This document shows positions 12,881-27,203 of a DNA stretch of 64,000 nucleotides, one piece after another. The position numbers were made by a program, and so were the translations under genes. Below the pieces are notes generated by a model. It was not told where the DNA came from, did not search any database, and saw only the letters and a program-made list of their open reading frames with translations. Each line of letters begins with the position of its first letter. Position 1 is the first letter of the stretch. The DNA is from Felis catus (lineage: Eukaryota). Location of the stretch: the NCBI RefSeq assembly GCF_018350175.1, contig NC_058368.1:135782001-135846000 (forward strand), read 5' to 3'.

Positions 12881-12935
12881 CAATATGGCAGAGATATAAC
12901 AAGAGTGGTTGTAAAGTGGCTAGTAGTCTTGTAAA

Positions 12936-13172
<237 letters not shown>

Positions 13173-14744
13173 TTAACTGGAGTTTTAGGAACACAAGAGA
13201 AACCGGACATTTTCAAATACATGAAATATCATGCAAAAATACTTCTTGTAGTCTATTTATTTAAATAAAATAGACTGGCACCTGTATATATGAGACTTTT
13301 TTTAGTTATTTATTTTTTTGATGTTTATTTATTTTTGAGCAAGAGACAGAGAGTGAGCAGGGGAGGGGAAGAGAGAGAAGGAGACAAAGAATCCGAAGCA
13401 GACTCCAGGCTCTGAGCTGTCAGCAGAGAGCCTGACATGGGGCTCGAACCCATGAACCATGAGATCATGACCTGAGCCAAAGTCGACTGAGCCACCCAGG
13501 CGCCCCAATATGAGACTTTTTTAAATATATAAGGTTTATTGAGAGACAGAGAGAGAGAGCATGAGCAGGGGAGGGGCAGAGAGAGAGGGAGAGAGAGAAA
13601 ATCCTAAACAGGCTCTGCACTGTCAGCAAAGAGCCCAAATGCAGGGCTTGATCCCATGAACCTGAGCCCAAGTCCTATGCTTAACCAACTGAGCCACCCA
13701 GGTGCCCTGAGAGGCTTTTTTGACAAGAAGTTAAAACTAATATCCAATGTTTAGGTTTGTCTTAATTTCAGCCCCCAAAATTTGTCATCCATTCCATTAG
13801 CAAACATATCTACCTACCTCAAGCCAGATATTGAGCTATGAGATAAATAAGAAGTGTAGAGCTTTGGTCCTAGATTTCAAAAGAAATTAGAGGAATTAAG
13901 ATACAGACAGATAAAACAACGAGGTAGTGTATAAAAATGAAATACTTATGGGGGGTCCCTGGCTGGCTCAGTGGGTGGAGCATGCAACTCCTGATCTTGG
14001 GGTTGTAAGTTCCAGCCCAGTGTTGGGTGTAGAGATTAGTTAAAAAATAAAATCTTAGGGGTGCCTGGGTGGCTCAGTCAGTTAAGTGTCTGACTCATCG
14101 TTTCAGCTCAGATCATGGTCTCACAATTCATGAGATCGAGCCCCACGTTTGGCTGTGTGCCAACAGTGCAGAGCCTGCTTGGGATTCTCTGTCTCCCTTT
14201 CTTTCTGCCCTTTCCCAGCTCACACTTGCCCTGTCTCTCTCAAAATAAATAAACTTTACAAAAAATAAAAAATATTTAAAAAAAATTAAATACTTATGAT
14301 AGGAACACTATATACTAATTGGGTACTTGATCATACAGATAGATGTATCTGTGCTTTACCAATTACAAAGATGTAAAAAAAAATTAACTTACATTATCTT
14401 TAGGCAGATATGTAAATTAGCCAACTAATTAATTAGCTAATGAAAAAGATTTTTAAAAATTCATATTAGTTCAACCTTGTAACAATCAAGAGTAAACTGA
14501 ATTACTTATGGGGTGCCTAGATGGCTCAGTCAGTTAAGCATCTGACTTCAGCTTGGTCATGATCTCACGGTTCGTAGGTTTGAGCCCTGCATCTGGTCCT
14601 GTGCTGACAGCATGGAGCCTAAAGCCTGCTTCAAGTTTTGTGTCTCCCTCTCTCTTTGTCCCTCCCCCACTCACACTCTGTCTCTCTCTCAAAAATAAAC
14701 ATTAAAAAAAAAAAGTAAATCGAACTACTGAAGGATGATTAACT

Positions 14745-15675
14745 GTATGAAAACATAACCAACAGAATGAGAGAAAATTTTTGCAAATCATATCTGATAA
14801 GGGATTTGCATCTAAAATACACAAAGAACTCATAATTAAGAAGGAAGCATAACCCAATAAAAAACTGGGCAAAGTGTCTGAAGAGCTATTTCTCCCAAGA
14901 AGACAGACAAATGGGCAATAAGTACATGAAAAGATGCTCAATATCATTAGCGATCAAGGAAATGCAAATCAAAACCACAATGAGATACTACTTCATACCC
15001 AATGGGATGGCTACAATGAAAAGACATAACAAGTGTCCATGAGGATGTGGAAATACTAGAGCCTTCAAACACTGCTCTTAGGAAGGCAAATTGGTACAGC
15101 CACTTTGGCTAAGAGTCTAACGGTTCCTCAAAAGGTTAAACATGGAGTTTATTTTATTACCCAGCAATCCCATTCTTAAACTTCATATCCAAGATAATTG
15201 AACACAATGTCCACATAAAATCACAGGCACAAATATTCACAGCAGTATTATTTACAATAGCCAAAAAATGGAAAAGACCCAAATGTCTATATTCTGGTAA
15301 GTGGATAAAAACGAAGTATTGATACATGCTGCAACATAGATGAACTCTGAAAACATTATGTTAAATAAAAGAAGCCAGACACAGAAGATCATGTACTGTA
15401 AGATTTCTTTTACATAAAATGTCCAGAATAGGCAAATCCAAAGAGACAGAAGGTCAATTACTGGTTGCCTAGGGCCAGGGGACTGAGAGGAAATATGGGG
15501 AGTGACTGCTAATCGGCACAGGTTTTTGGGGAGGAGGGAGACAATGAACATTTTCTAAAATTGGCTGTAGTAACGGATGCATAATTCTGTGAATATACTA
15601 AAAACAAATGTGTATACCTCTAATGGGTGAATTGTATGTATGTGAATTTAGCTCAGTAAAGCTGTTATTTTTTTT
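14745..15675 (+). mobile_element. Old LINE-1 (L1MB-like) ORF2 end and 3' UTR
   Basis: GGAAATGCAAATCAAAACCACAATGAGATACTACTTCATACC...GAAAACATTATGTTAAATAAAAGAAGCCAGACACAGAAG. Confidence 0.85.
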
Positions 15676-16891
15676 AAGGTGATTGATTACTTTGTAACTT
15701 TTTCAATGGCTAAAAACAAGAACAAGCTCTCTCAAATTTTTTCATATCTTAGTCTTTGGCTATTTATATAAAACAGAAATCTTTTTTTTTAAGATTTTAT
15801 TTTTAAGTAATCTCTATACCAAAGGTGGGGCTTGAACTTACAAGCCCAAGATCGAGCACAGCATGCTCCACTGACTGAGCCGGCCAGGTGCTCCAAAACA
15901 GTAAATTTCTTCTTTTACAGATTTTAAGTAATCTCAACACCCAATATGGGGCTTGAACTTAAAACCCTGAAATCAAGAGTTGCATGGTCTACCAACTGAG
16001 CCAGCCAGGTGCCCCAAAACAATCATTTTTAATAAAAAATTTAAATTGTTTGGTTTGCAGAAAGGAATGTGTACCATATGGTCTCCATTACTTCTCTGTT
16101 AAAACACTGTTAATGTCGTTTCTCTGCCTAAAAAAGACGATTACGGTTTTAGGTCTAGCTCCAACTTTCCCCATATATTTGCTACTATACTCCTTGGTAT
16201 AAGGATTTTACAAGTATCCTATGCAGTGACGGTTAGTCAGAGCTGACTACTGTCATTGAGAACTACGAATTCTAAACCTGAACTCAGGGAAACTTTTGAA
16301 GTGTTCCTTCTGAGATTGCCCCATAAATCCTCTAGAACCTCCATCTTCCTACAGCTTGACTCAAAAGACAGTGGAAAAATGTTTCCCATAAAAATTCCTC
16401 TTTTTTGTTTATTCTGGATTAAGTCTGATGTTCTCTTGGAGGGACCAACTCAAAATATATTTTAAAGGTTGGAAATGTTGATTTATCTTGTCAGTTTTTC
16501 ATAAACTTTCCCATTCATGTTGTGCGGATATTTTGAGTGGGTAATGTACATTCAGCAGTCAGAGTGTTATTGGCTTGGTTGTTTTCCCAGGAAGGTTTTA
16601 CATTAAGGAAACATCATGACTAAATAGAGTTGCTGTGACAGTATATTTTATTTAATGAAACTGTCAGTTGCAGTATTCATTTACTCAGTTATAAACTATT
16701 ACCTGTGTTTTACAAATGCATCTTTTTCTCTTAGCTTCAGAGCATTGGTACCATACAGACTTGGTTTATAATGAGAGACCAATAGTCACATATTCGAAAG
16801 GAATCCTTTATCATGGTTGTACTGGCTAATTTCAGGAATCTGAATAGAGGGTTATATCATACTTTAAGAATTCAGTGTTTTTCCTTTCTTA

Positions 16892-17068
<177 letters not shown>

Positions 17069-17120
17069 TTAAAAAAAAATGAGGTCAACTTTCCTATTAA
17101 ATTTTTAGAAGTATACTTTA

Positions 17121-17234
<114 letters not shown>

Positions 17235-19479
17235 TTATACGTAACTGTCAGTAACTTTCAATTAATTTTAGACTTTAGGAAAGGAAATATACCATCAATT
17301 ACTCTTTGAGAGACTAGAGAGGGCACTAACACACAGCAGATGTCACACGGACACCAAATGTAAAGAGCAATGCTGATTAAATCAGAATTTTACCTAGAGG
17401 GAAACTTGGATAGCAATATATCTGATACAATTTTAGCTATCAAAATTGAAACCAACTAAAAAAAAATGAATGATTTCAGAATTTGTGGGACTAATAGAAG
17501 AGGACTGCATTATTTTTGTTGAGCTATTTGGTGGGAAGAGGGGACACAGGGATACAGACACTCGCACACATTAACAATAGATTATCAAATATTTTAGGCT
17601 AAGGAGATGGAACTTAGTAGAAGCAACAGCAGATTCTCAATTCTAAAAATGAGCCCTCAGTCACACAGGTCCCATCTTCGTGGGGTCTGGGAAAGGAGAG
17701 TCAGTTTGACCCAAGTGCTCCTGAACAGTATTTTTACTTCCAGATTTCCAGGATCCTCAAAACCCATGAGTTGAATAAACATTTCAGAAGGCAAAACAAG
17801 AATGATGGGCAGTTATAAAGAAGGCAGATTTAAATCTCATGTAAGAATTTTCCAACAAATCAAAGCTGGCTTTCAAAGGAAGTCTTGCTTTAGAAGATGA
17901 GACATAATCCTATGCTCACCTAAATCTCTAAGAAATATGTAATAAGGCTTAGACCATCCTTTGAGCCATCTCTAAGAGCATGCTATAGTCCTCCCACATC
18001 TTTCCCTCCAATATTTTGGCCCAGGTTGAAATTAGGTTAAAATGAGCATGAGTTCTGAAGTAATAAAAGGGTAGTTCTGAGGGTCAGTGGGAGGCACTGA
18101 GACAGTTGCAACTTTTTGTCCTGCCAGGACAGTGTATGGACTCATTCTGGCCATGTGAGCACCTCTCAAGCACCTCCCTGTGCCATCTGCTTCCCTGGAT
18201 TACTGCGCAATTACCAGATACTCTAGCTAAAAAAATTAAACTGTCTTGGTATTGGGAAAACTGGATAATGATTTACAAATAATCTAAATCCTGTATACTA
18301 TAAACTGGATTAAAGAGCCAATTGTTAAATTCAAAGACAATTAGTGGAAAATTTAATCTGTAAAGGAATGATTCATTTGAGTTTGTTCATTTTAAAACAC
18401 ATAAAATGCTAAATCTCTGTTCAGTGAAAAATAATGTAGCAATAAAAACAACTACTGGGAGAAATTTTTGTAGTAGGACAAAGGCCTGAAATGTAGATTA
18501 CATAATGACCTTCAAAATCAAGATTAAAAATACGTACCTTAACAAAAAAGAATTCACACACAATGAAAATAATAAACATGATGAAAAAATGTTGGACTTT
18601 CCCAGCTATTAAAGAGATATAAACTAAAATTACCCTTTTTATGCCTGTTGCATTAATCATATATGTATATAATAAATTGGAAATGTATTTCAAAAATAAC
18701 TTTAGGGGTGACTCAGCTGAGTGTCCAACTTCGGCTCAGGTCATGATCTGATCATCAGTTCATGGGTTTGAGCAGTGCGTCCTGCTCTATGCTGTCATCA
18801 TGGAGCTGGCTTCAGATCCTCTGTCTCCCCCTCCCTCTGTACCTCCCCACTCACACTCTCTTAAAAATAAAGAAGACATTTAAAAAATAATTTTAAAAAT
18901 AAAAATGTCATACCCATTCATAGATTTCCTCTACCATTTAATTTCTAGCCAGAAAAAATTTTAAGTGATAAAATAAACATTCAACAATAGGAAAAACTTA
19001 AATCTCGGTTTACTAGTTTGATGAAATATTATTAAAGTTAAGAAATTAAAGTTAAGAAAATAAATATTAGTATTATGTAGTATGGACTAGGTCACACATG
19101 ATAAATGCTTATGACACAAAGGGTAAAACATAAAAAGCAGAAATCAAAGTTGTAATAGGGCCAAAGATCAGAAATACAAAAGATGGAAATAAATTAGGAT
19201 TTGGAGTACTTTTTTGGTGTATTATTTTTACAATGCCACAAAATCTAATACCTACTGTTGATTCCATACTATGTAGGAATCTGCAGTAGATAAATACTGA
19301 GGTTCCTTCATATTTTAAATCCTTAACTCTCAAGACTAGTGAAACCGTTAAAAAATATGCTATCTAAAATAGAGACAACCACTGCAATGTTGAGTCAGAA
19401 TTAAAGTCTTTATACCGCAATGCTGAAATGCAGGATTTCTTAAATCATGTTAATGTAGTTGAATAGTGTAATCCAACCT

Positions 19480-20110
19480 TTAAAACATTCATTTCAAAAA
19501 ACACCTATCAAATACCTACCATGTACAAGTGCCTGTAGGGATAATAAGGATTTAATAATGAGCACAATGATCAAGAAGGCAAACGTAGTCTTTCCATTAA
19601 AGAGTTTACAATAAAATTAGAGAGGACAAAGTAACCTGGAAATTATAATAGGATAATACTTTAAAAGTGGAACAGTAGGGAAGGCTTCCTGGAGAAAGTG
19701 ACTTTTAAGTGGAGACTTGAAGCAGGTACCTAGGGAAAAAAGGTAGGGATGACTATTTTCAACAGAGAAAAACAATATTCAAAGGCAGAGAGAATTAAGA
19801 GGGCAAGACTCAAGGGAGGGAAAGTTTCTTAGACTATGTATAAAATAGGTGATAAAGGGTCAGGTAAATTGAGGCCAGATCAAAAAGGGTTGCAGAGTTA
19901 GACTTAACCTAAGGCAAAGTAAAATCATTAAAACATTTTAAGCCTGAAATGACAGGATCAATTACAAATTTTTAAAAATTATTTTGGTTTCTCCACAGAG
20001 AGTAAGTTAGAAGGAAGCAAATCCAGAAACAGGGATACCAGATCAAGGCTACTGCAGAATTTTAGGTGAGTGATAATTATAACCTGTACCATAGGGAATG
20101 GAGAAATGGA
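19480..20110 (-). mobile_element. Degraded LINE-2 fragment
   Basis: CATTCATT...AAATACCTACCATGTACAAG and GGAAGGCTTCCTGGAGAAAGTGACTTTTAAG are typical antisense L2 3' motifs. Confidence 0.6.
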
Positions 20111-22681
20111 TTCTAAAGTTCATTTTAGGGGCGGCTGGGTGGCTCAGTCAGGTAAGCATACAGCTCTTGATTTCACCTCAGGTCATGATCTCATGGTTTG
20201 TGAGATCAAGTCCTGCATTGGATTCTGCACGGACAGAGCAAAGCCTATTTGGGATTCTCTCTCTCCCTCTCTCTCTGCCCCTCCCCGGCTTGTGCTTGCT
20301 CTCAAAAAAAAAAAAAAAAAAAAAAATCCTTTAAAGTTCATTTCAAATTTCATGGGGTCCCTGGTGACTCAGTCAGTTGAGCATCCAACTTTGGATCAGA
20401 TCATGGTCTCTGAGTTCGGGAGTTCGAGTACCGCGTCAGGCTCTCTGCTGTCGGTGCAGAGCCCACTTGGCATCCTCTGTCCCCCTGTCTCTGCTTCTCC
20501 CCTACTTGTGCCCTCTAGCTCTTAAAAATAAACATTAAAGGGTGCCTGGGTGGCTCAGTCAGTTGAGTATCCGACTTCGGCTCCAGTTATGATCTCACGA
20601 TTCGTGGGTTCGGGCCCGTGTCATGCGCTGTGCTGACAGCTCAGAGTCTGGAGCCTGCTTCGGATTCTTTGTCTCTCTCTCTCTCTCTCTAGCCCCTCCC
20701 CTGCTCATGCTCTGTCTGTCTCTGTCTCTCAACAATAAATAAATGGTAAAAAAAAAAAAAAAGTTTAAAAAAAAACATTTAAAAAAAGTTCATTTCAAAT
20801 TTCTGAAAAAAACGGAAAAACGTATGCTACTTTATTATTTTTTTATGTATGCCACTTTACAAAGTTTCAGTTGGAAGTCAAATTTAGAGCTAAGTACAGG
20901 ATCCTAATCTAGAAACGATAAAAAGGCTTGAATTGATTAACCTACCAAAAGCTTAGAAAATTCAATTTTCTCAACAAAGTTTTATGATTTAAAGTTAGTT
21001 GTAAAAAACAAATTGTGGGGCCAAAGTTAAATGGCTTAAGTTCTTACCTCAAAAGATCTTCCTACCTGTTGTTAGTCAAGCAATAAAATCATTACATTTT
21101 AACTGCCCTCCTAGAGTTTATACTCACATGAAAGCTGTTCTTTAATGATGTTGGATGCTAACTATTTCGTTGCTATTGCCAATATTTAAAACATTTTCAG
21201 ATTTCTTACTTTGTACTTTTTTTTTTAAGTAAGCTCCATGCCCAATGTAGGGCTTGAACTCACAACCCTGTGATCTTGAGTCCCATGCTCTACAGACTCA
21301 GCCAGCCAGGCACCCCCTCCCCAACCCCCTGATTTCTTACTTTGAAAAATTTACATTTACCTCAATCCAACAAGAAGCTTATAACTGTAATGCAATTAGT
21401 ACAAGAAGCTAATTGGTTTAGAAAGATATAGGGCTTTGATACCTGACCTTTTATGTAGAGAAAAGCACAATAAATCCTACTTAGAGGTTAGTGAGCACCA
21501 AAGATGTGACACTTGAGTTGGGTCTTTCTCTTTTTTTAAGAATCTCAAGCACGATCCACGCTTAGTGCAGAGCCTGGCACAGGACTCCATTCCACGACCT
21601 TGGGATCATGACCTGAGCGGAAATCAAGAGTCAGCCACTCAACTGAGTCACCCAGGCGCCCCCCTTGAGTTGGGTCTTTTAAAGAGTTGTTTAAAAGGCA
21701 GATTAAAAAAAAAAAAAAAAAGGCAGATAAGGGCATCTCCAGGTAAAGGGAATAGCACTTGTAAAGACCTGGAGGTCAATTCCCAGTGAGGAACAAGTGC
21801 ACTGTGCGCAGAATGAAGGGAACCTAGGGGAGTGGCTGCAGGTAAGGCTAAAGGTAAACTCAAACCAGTTCATAATCCATACATTACAGATGATGGACTT
21901 TATCAGAAAAAGTTCAAGTCTTGTTTATTCCCTCTCCCTCTTCTTTATAAAGGACATAATAATGGCATAGAAGAGGAAAAGATACTAAAGAGTAGGAGAT
22001 TTAGGAGAAATGGGCTTGAAAATAGGATAGGGATACCATAGGGATTTTTCAGGCAAACCACCAAGATTTACAGGGCAAGTGGATCTGTGTTAGCATGTTT
22101 GTGTTTCTATGCGAGGGGAACAAGAATCAAGCATGAGCAAGTAGTCAGGATTTCAGAGCATGTGCTTCTTAAATGTTTTAGTTTGTGAAAAGGTCTGGCA
22201 ACTGTCAAGAAGGTGATTACCTTTAGTAGGATCTTGAAAAAAAATTTTTTTTAATGTTTATTATTGAGAGACAGAGACAGAGCATGAGCATGGGAGGGGC
22301 AGAGAGAGAAGAGGAGGCACAGAATCCGAAGCAGGCTCCAGGCTCTGAGCTGTCAGCAGAGCCCGACACGGGGCTCAAACTCACGGACTGTGAGATCATG
22401 ACTGGAGTCGAAGTTGGACACTTAACCGACTGAGCCATCCAGGTGCCCCGAAACTGGGCTCTTTTAAAAGGGAGTAACTAGTCCAGAGTGAATGAGATTA
22501 CTAAAGGGAGGGGCAAAACTACAATACAGCTGCAGTGAAATTATGGAGGAAGACGTGTATGTAGGAGGATCACATGCAGACTGGGAGACAGCAGTGCTGG
22601 AGGGGCCACCAGGGAGGTTAGCTTCAGAGCCTTCCGGGGTAGCTTCCAGTGGAGGAAAAAAAATGGGATAAAGAGGTTAGA

Positions 22682-23026
22682 GCGGGGATAGCAAGCATTT
22701 TCTGTAAAAGGCCAGATAACAAACACTTCATGCTTCGTGCGCTAGTCTTCAGCTAATGTGGTTTCTATAAAAAACAGCAGTTTGTCGGGGCGCCTGGGTG
22801 GCGCAGTCGGTTAAGCGTCCGACTTCAGCCAGGTCACGATCTCGCGGTCCGTGAGTTCGAGCCCCGCGTCGGGCTCTGGGCTGATGGCTCAGAGCCTGGA
22901 GCCTGTTTCCGATTCTGTGTCTCCCTCTCTCTCTGCCCCTCCCCCGTTCATGCTCTGTCTCTCTCTGTCCCAAAAATAAATAAACGTTGAAAAAAAAAAA
23001 AAAAAAAAAATTTTAAAAAAATAAAA

Positions 23027-23066
<40 letters not shown>

Positions 23067-23096
23067 AAAAAAAAACAGCAGTTTGTCAACTCCTGG
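22682..23096. mobile_element. MER58-like hAT-Charlie remnant split by a young SINE
   Basis: GGGGATAGCAAGCATTTTCTGTAAAAGGCCAGATA at the left end and CAGTTTGTCAACTCCTG at the right end. Confidence 0.65.
22787..23069 (+). mobile_element. Very young SINEC_Fc insertion
   Basis: CpG-rich body, about 80-nt A-rich tail, perfect 18-bp TSD AAAAAACAGCAGTTTGTC (22769-22786, 23070-23087). Confidence 0.95.
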
Positions 23097-23536
23097 ATTA
23101 GAAAGAGATCAAGATTTTAAGTGCTGAGGGCTCAGCTATGCATAACAATGTTCCAAATGGACCCAACGTTAATAGAATTATATCACTTTGTCTAGACATA
23201 TGGGGATCCTGGGGTTTATGACCAGAGGCTGAAGACTGATAAACTTGTGGCAGGAAAATTAAGGACGCTGTTAAGTAATTAAGTGATTGCATAAGGGAAA
23301 GTAAGAATCTGAGACTGGAGTAACAGGGTAAAAAAGCATTCTTAGCCATACCATATTTAGGACTCCCCATTTTATTAAGCTTAATCCTTACCAAATTTTT
23401 CCTACCTTGGTTCCACATGGCATAAGTCTCTTACAAATGATATAGCAACTCAACAGGTTACTAGAATGGCAATAAATTCTATTTAGACAGATTTATTTAA
23501 AACAAGTGGGTTGTTTTTGGTCTTACTGCTTTATAG

Positions 23537-23727
23537 CAGGGTTCTCAATCTCAAATACTGACGTTTTGAGCTTGATAATTCCTTTATGGGAACGGAGGGT
23601 TATTCTGTGAATTGTGGGATGTTCAACTGAATCCCTGGCTTCCACTCCAGTCCTGACTACTGAAAGTATTCAGAAATTGCCAAAAGTCCCCTGAAAGGCA
23701 AAAATCACACCTAGTAGGGAACCACTC
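23537..23727. mobile_element. MER20-like hAT-Charlie DNA transposon
   Basis: Ends CAGGGTTCTCAA...GGGAACCACT; internal GAAATTGCCAAAAGTCCCCTG...GGCAAAAATCAC. Confidence 0.75.
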
Positions 23728-25229
23728 CTTTACAGATGATTACATGGTTTCTCTTAAAATATATCACTATTTGAGAAAAATGAACAGGTAGGGTCTCAGT
23801 ATATTTTCTAGTTAAGATTTTCAGATATATTCAAATAGCATCTGGAGAAAAGAACAATCTGGTACATTATGAAAAACCCTATAGAGTACTTTATCTAACA
23901 CCATGTTAAGAGAGACCAGAAATCCTTTATCTGGCGTTATGGGAGAAGTGGGGGAACCCAAGGCTTGGATTCTATCTTATGAAACAATCTCATCAATAAA
24001 ATACAGAGGACATTTGGGACTATATACTCCATTAGGTGTACATACACTGGCTAAAAGTGTTGAGTACAAGTACACGAGGAACCAATTGTCTAGTGTTATT
24101 ATTCCTCTCATACTATTCGTGATAAATTATATAGCAACTTCATTACATTTAGAAATGTTAAAGTCAGTGGGTAAGAGAAACTGAAGACAAGACTGAAACT
24201 GACAACTGTATGGGACTGTGAAATCACTTGTCAAATTCAACAGGCAAAGAAGAAAACCAGATTTTATATAGGTATAAAATGGGGAGACTGACTAGCCTTG
24301 TACAACAGCAAATAAATACCTAAATTTTATGAACTATAAATACCTGGATTAAAATATCACCATGAGTGACATCTGGATGGCTCAGCAGTTAAGCATCTGA
24401 TTCTTGGTTTAGGCTCAGGTCATGATCTCATGGTCATGGGATAGAGCCCCATATCAGGCTCCAGGTTGAGTGTGGAGCCTCTTTGGGATTCTCTCTCTCC
24501 CTCTCTCTCTCTGCCTCTTAGTTGAGTGTGTGCGCATGCACTCTCTCAAAACACTGAAAAAAAATATGAGCATGATACTTATAGCATCAAGAATATGACA
24601 AAGCTAAGATGTACAAAACTGACCTGCAAAAAAGGATACTGGGGAAAAAAAGGTATTGCGGGGGAGGCAAGTGAGCAAGGGGCAGAGAATCCCAGAAGCA
24701 GCAGGAGCGGGGGGGGGGGGGGGGCAGGAAGGGGGAGAGAGAGAGAGAGAAGGAAAACGTGGGGCTCACCTGAAACAGGGCTCATGCGACATGGGGCTCA
24801 AGCTCACCAACCATGAGATCATGAGCTGAGCCGAAGTCAGATGCTTAAGGACTGAGCCACTCAGGTGCCCTACTGGAAAAAATTTTTTTGCAATTTTAAA
24901 GTTGAACGATAATGGGAGACCCATCAAAGGTCCTTAAATACAACCAAAGAGATAAAAAAAATAGGACCTAGGAAGAAGTTAATAATTGACAGATTATTCA
25001 TCAAAACAGATGAAGTGGTCTCTCCAAAAGAGACATAGTTCTATGAGAGTGACTTATACACTAGGGATCATACTGTGGTCTAAACATCTGAACACACCAG
25101 AAGTAACACTCTAGTGGTAATGAATAGGCCACAACAACTTCAAGTTGTTTTAAGGGTTATTCCTGTTGGTGACACAAAGAAAACTGCTTCTAAAAACATA
25201 ATTGCCAAAGTACCAACAAAGTAATGAAC

Positions 25230-25235
25230 TTTATT
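25230..25235 (-). terminator. TAF9: Candidate TAF9 polyadenylation signal AATAAA
   Basis: TTTATT on plus strand about 200 nt downstream of the TAF9 stop, within AK6 intron 2. Confidence 0.65.
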
Positions 25236-25435
25236 TTTTACACTTGAAGGCTGATGAAAAACCATTACTAATCCTATTAAAGAAAATCCAACAACTCAGA
25301 GAGGGTAACTATATTTACTCATTAAATACAATTTACATGTTCTACAACACAACATGAAAACACCCAGCATGCATGTTTAATCTCAGTACAATGGATTCAA
25401 GACCAAGTACACATGTTACAAGCATCAAAGCTAGA

Positions 25436-26233
25436 TTACAAATTATCATAGTCATCATCATCGTCGTCGTCATCATCATCATCATCTTCTCGTTTTCTTT
25501 TCAATGCATTTGCTGATTCATTGGCAGTATTTTGTGATGACACCATGTTAGTGGTTATGAGAATGTTCTTGGACCCAATTAATGATGGATTAATTAGAAC
25601 ATTCTGAACTGCAGATGTTGCAGGAATTGATGCTTTTACAGTTGGGGACTGTGAAGTGGGCATTTGTACTGTAAACCTTTGCCCTGTGAGGGACATTGGA
25701 GTCCCTACTTTAGTTGACACAGACATGGTTTGTGGGGTTGGCGTGCCAAGCGTGGGAGTACTTGGTCTGCTAGTAACTGAACCAACACTTAACCGCGGAA
25801 CTGTTATTCTTCCCGCAGAAGTAGATGCCTTTTTTTGTAAAGACTTAAGTCTATAGTTTGGAGCAGTCAAGCAATATCTATCAGGTGGCAACCTGGGGCC
25901 TGAATATGGCTTGATTAAGGGCAAAGGAGTTTGATTTCTTTGCCTTGCAATATCTAATAAAAAATCTCTTGGGGGAGGAGAGGTAAAAGACTGATCAGCA
26001 CGACACTGGATTGCCAATCGCACATCATCTGCATCAACAGTAGCTTTCTTAGCATGGCTTGAATAAATTTTTGCATCATCTAGAATTGTGGTCACATATC
26101 GGAAGGCAAACTCCAACATCTGATTTATAACTCTTGGCTCATATTCTGTAATCCCCATATCCTTCAGGATTTGTGCCATCATCTGTGCATCTTTCGGCAT
26201 GCTCTTGGGAGAAGCCATCTTGCCAGAATCCAT
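25436..26233 (-). CDS. TAF9: Transcription initiation factor TFIID subunit 9, single-exon CDS, 265 aa
   Basis: Uninterrupted ORF with TAF9 histone fold ([36 protein letters not shown]), [14 protein letters not shown] motif and acidic tail. Acceptor CTAAAG| opens the exon at 26250, 17 nt before the ATG. Confidence 0.99.
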   Translation of the reverse strand: MDSGKMASPKSMPKDAQMMAQILKDMGITEYEPRVINQMLEFAFRYVTTILDDAKIYSSHAKKATVDADDVRLAIQCRADQSFTSPPPRDFLLDIARQRNQTPLPLIKPYSGPRLPPDRYCLTAPNYRLKSLQKKASTSAGRITVPRLSVGSVTSRPSTPTLGTPTPQTMSVSTKVGTPMSLTGQRFTVQMPTSQSPTVKASIPATSAVQNVLINPSLIGSKNILITTNMVSSQNTANESANALKRKREDDDDDDDDDDDDYDNL

Positions 26234-26930
26234 GATATCCGTTGATCAGACTTTAGATCATTTGAAAAAAATATGTACATTAGATCAAACCTGAAATAGT
26301 TACTTTAGTAGCAACTGTCAGGAACTTTCTAAATTTTAAATACTGTTAAAATTGTGAAAATATATTTAAAATTTTTAAATATTAAATCTTTTTAATTTTA
26401 ATGAGGCACACTTAAAAGTCCCCTTTACTTAAATTTATGGAGTTTCCACCCTATCCAAATCATTACAGGATATACAAAAATGAAGACACAAATAAGGAAG
26501 TGATAAAAGACTGGGGGGAAACGGTAAAATAAATAAAAACATTTATCACTTCAGAATAATGTTCAGTTGTGTGCAGGCATGCAACTATCAAATGAATCTA
26601 AGAAAAAAAAGAACAGTCATGTCCTACTGACTGAGTTCAAAATAATGTGTCCTTCCAGTGAGAGCAATATACTATCTCCACAGATACGCTTAGTAGTACC
26701 CACACTTCTATGTGTTTGTCCATCTCAAAAACATTCTCCCCAAATCCCATCTCTTCATGGAAACATTCCCAATTATCACCACTCAAAAAAAAAAAACAAA
26801 AACAAAAAACCAAAACAAAACACAACAACAAAAAACTATTGGCCAAGAGGGCAGGGGAGGATGGGATGTAACAGTCAAAACAACCAGAACACAGTATTAT
26901 ACACTTATTTTCTCTTTCTATGGGTCCTCA

Positions 26931-27203
<273 letters not shown>

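Noticed and set aside
16557..16621. Possible box C/D snoRNA on the AK6 sense strand (ATGATGT...CTGA with AGTC/GACT ends)
   Set aside because: C box is mismatched, the stem overlaps the D box, no clear C'/D' boxes or rRNA guide, and it is far from the 3' splice site. An Rfam/snoscan hit would be needed.
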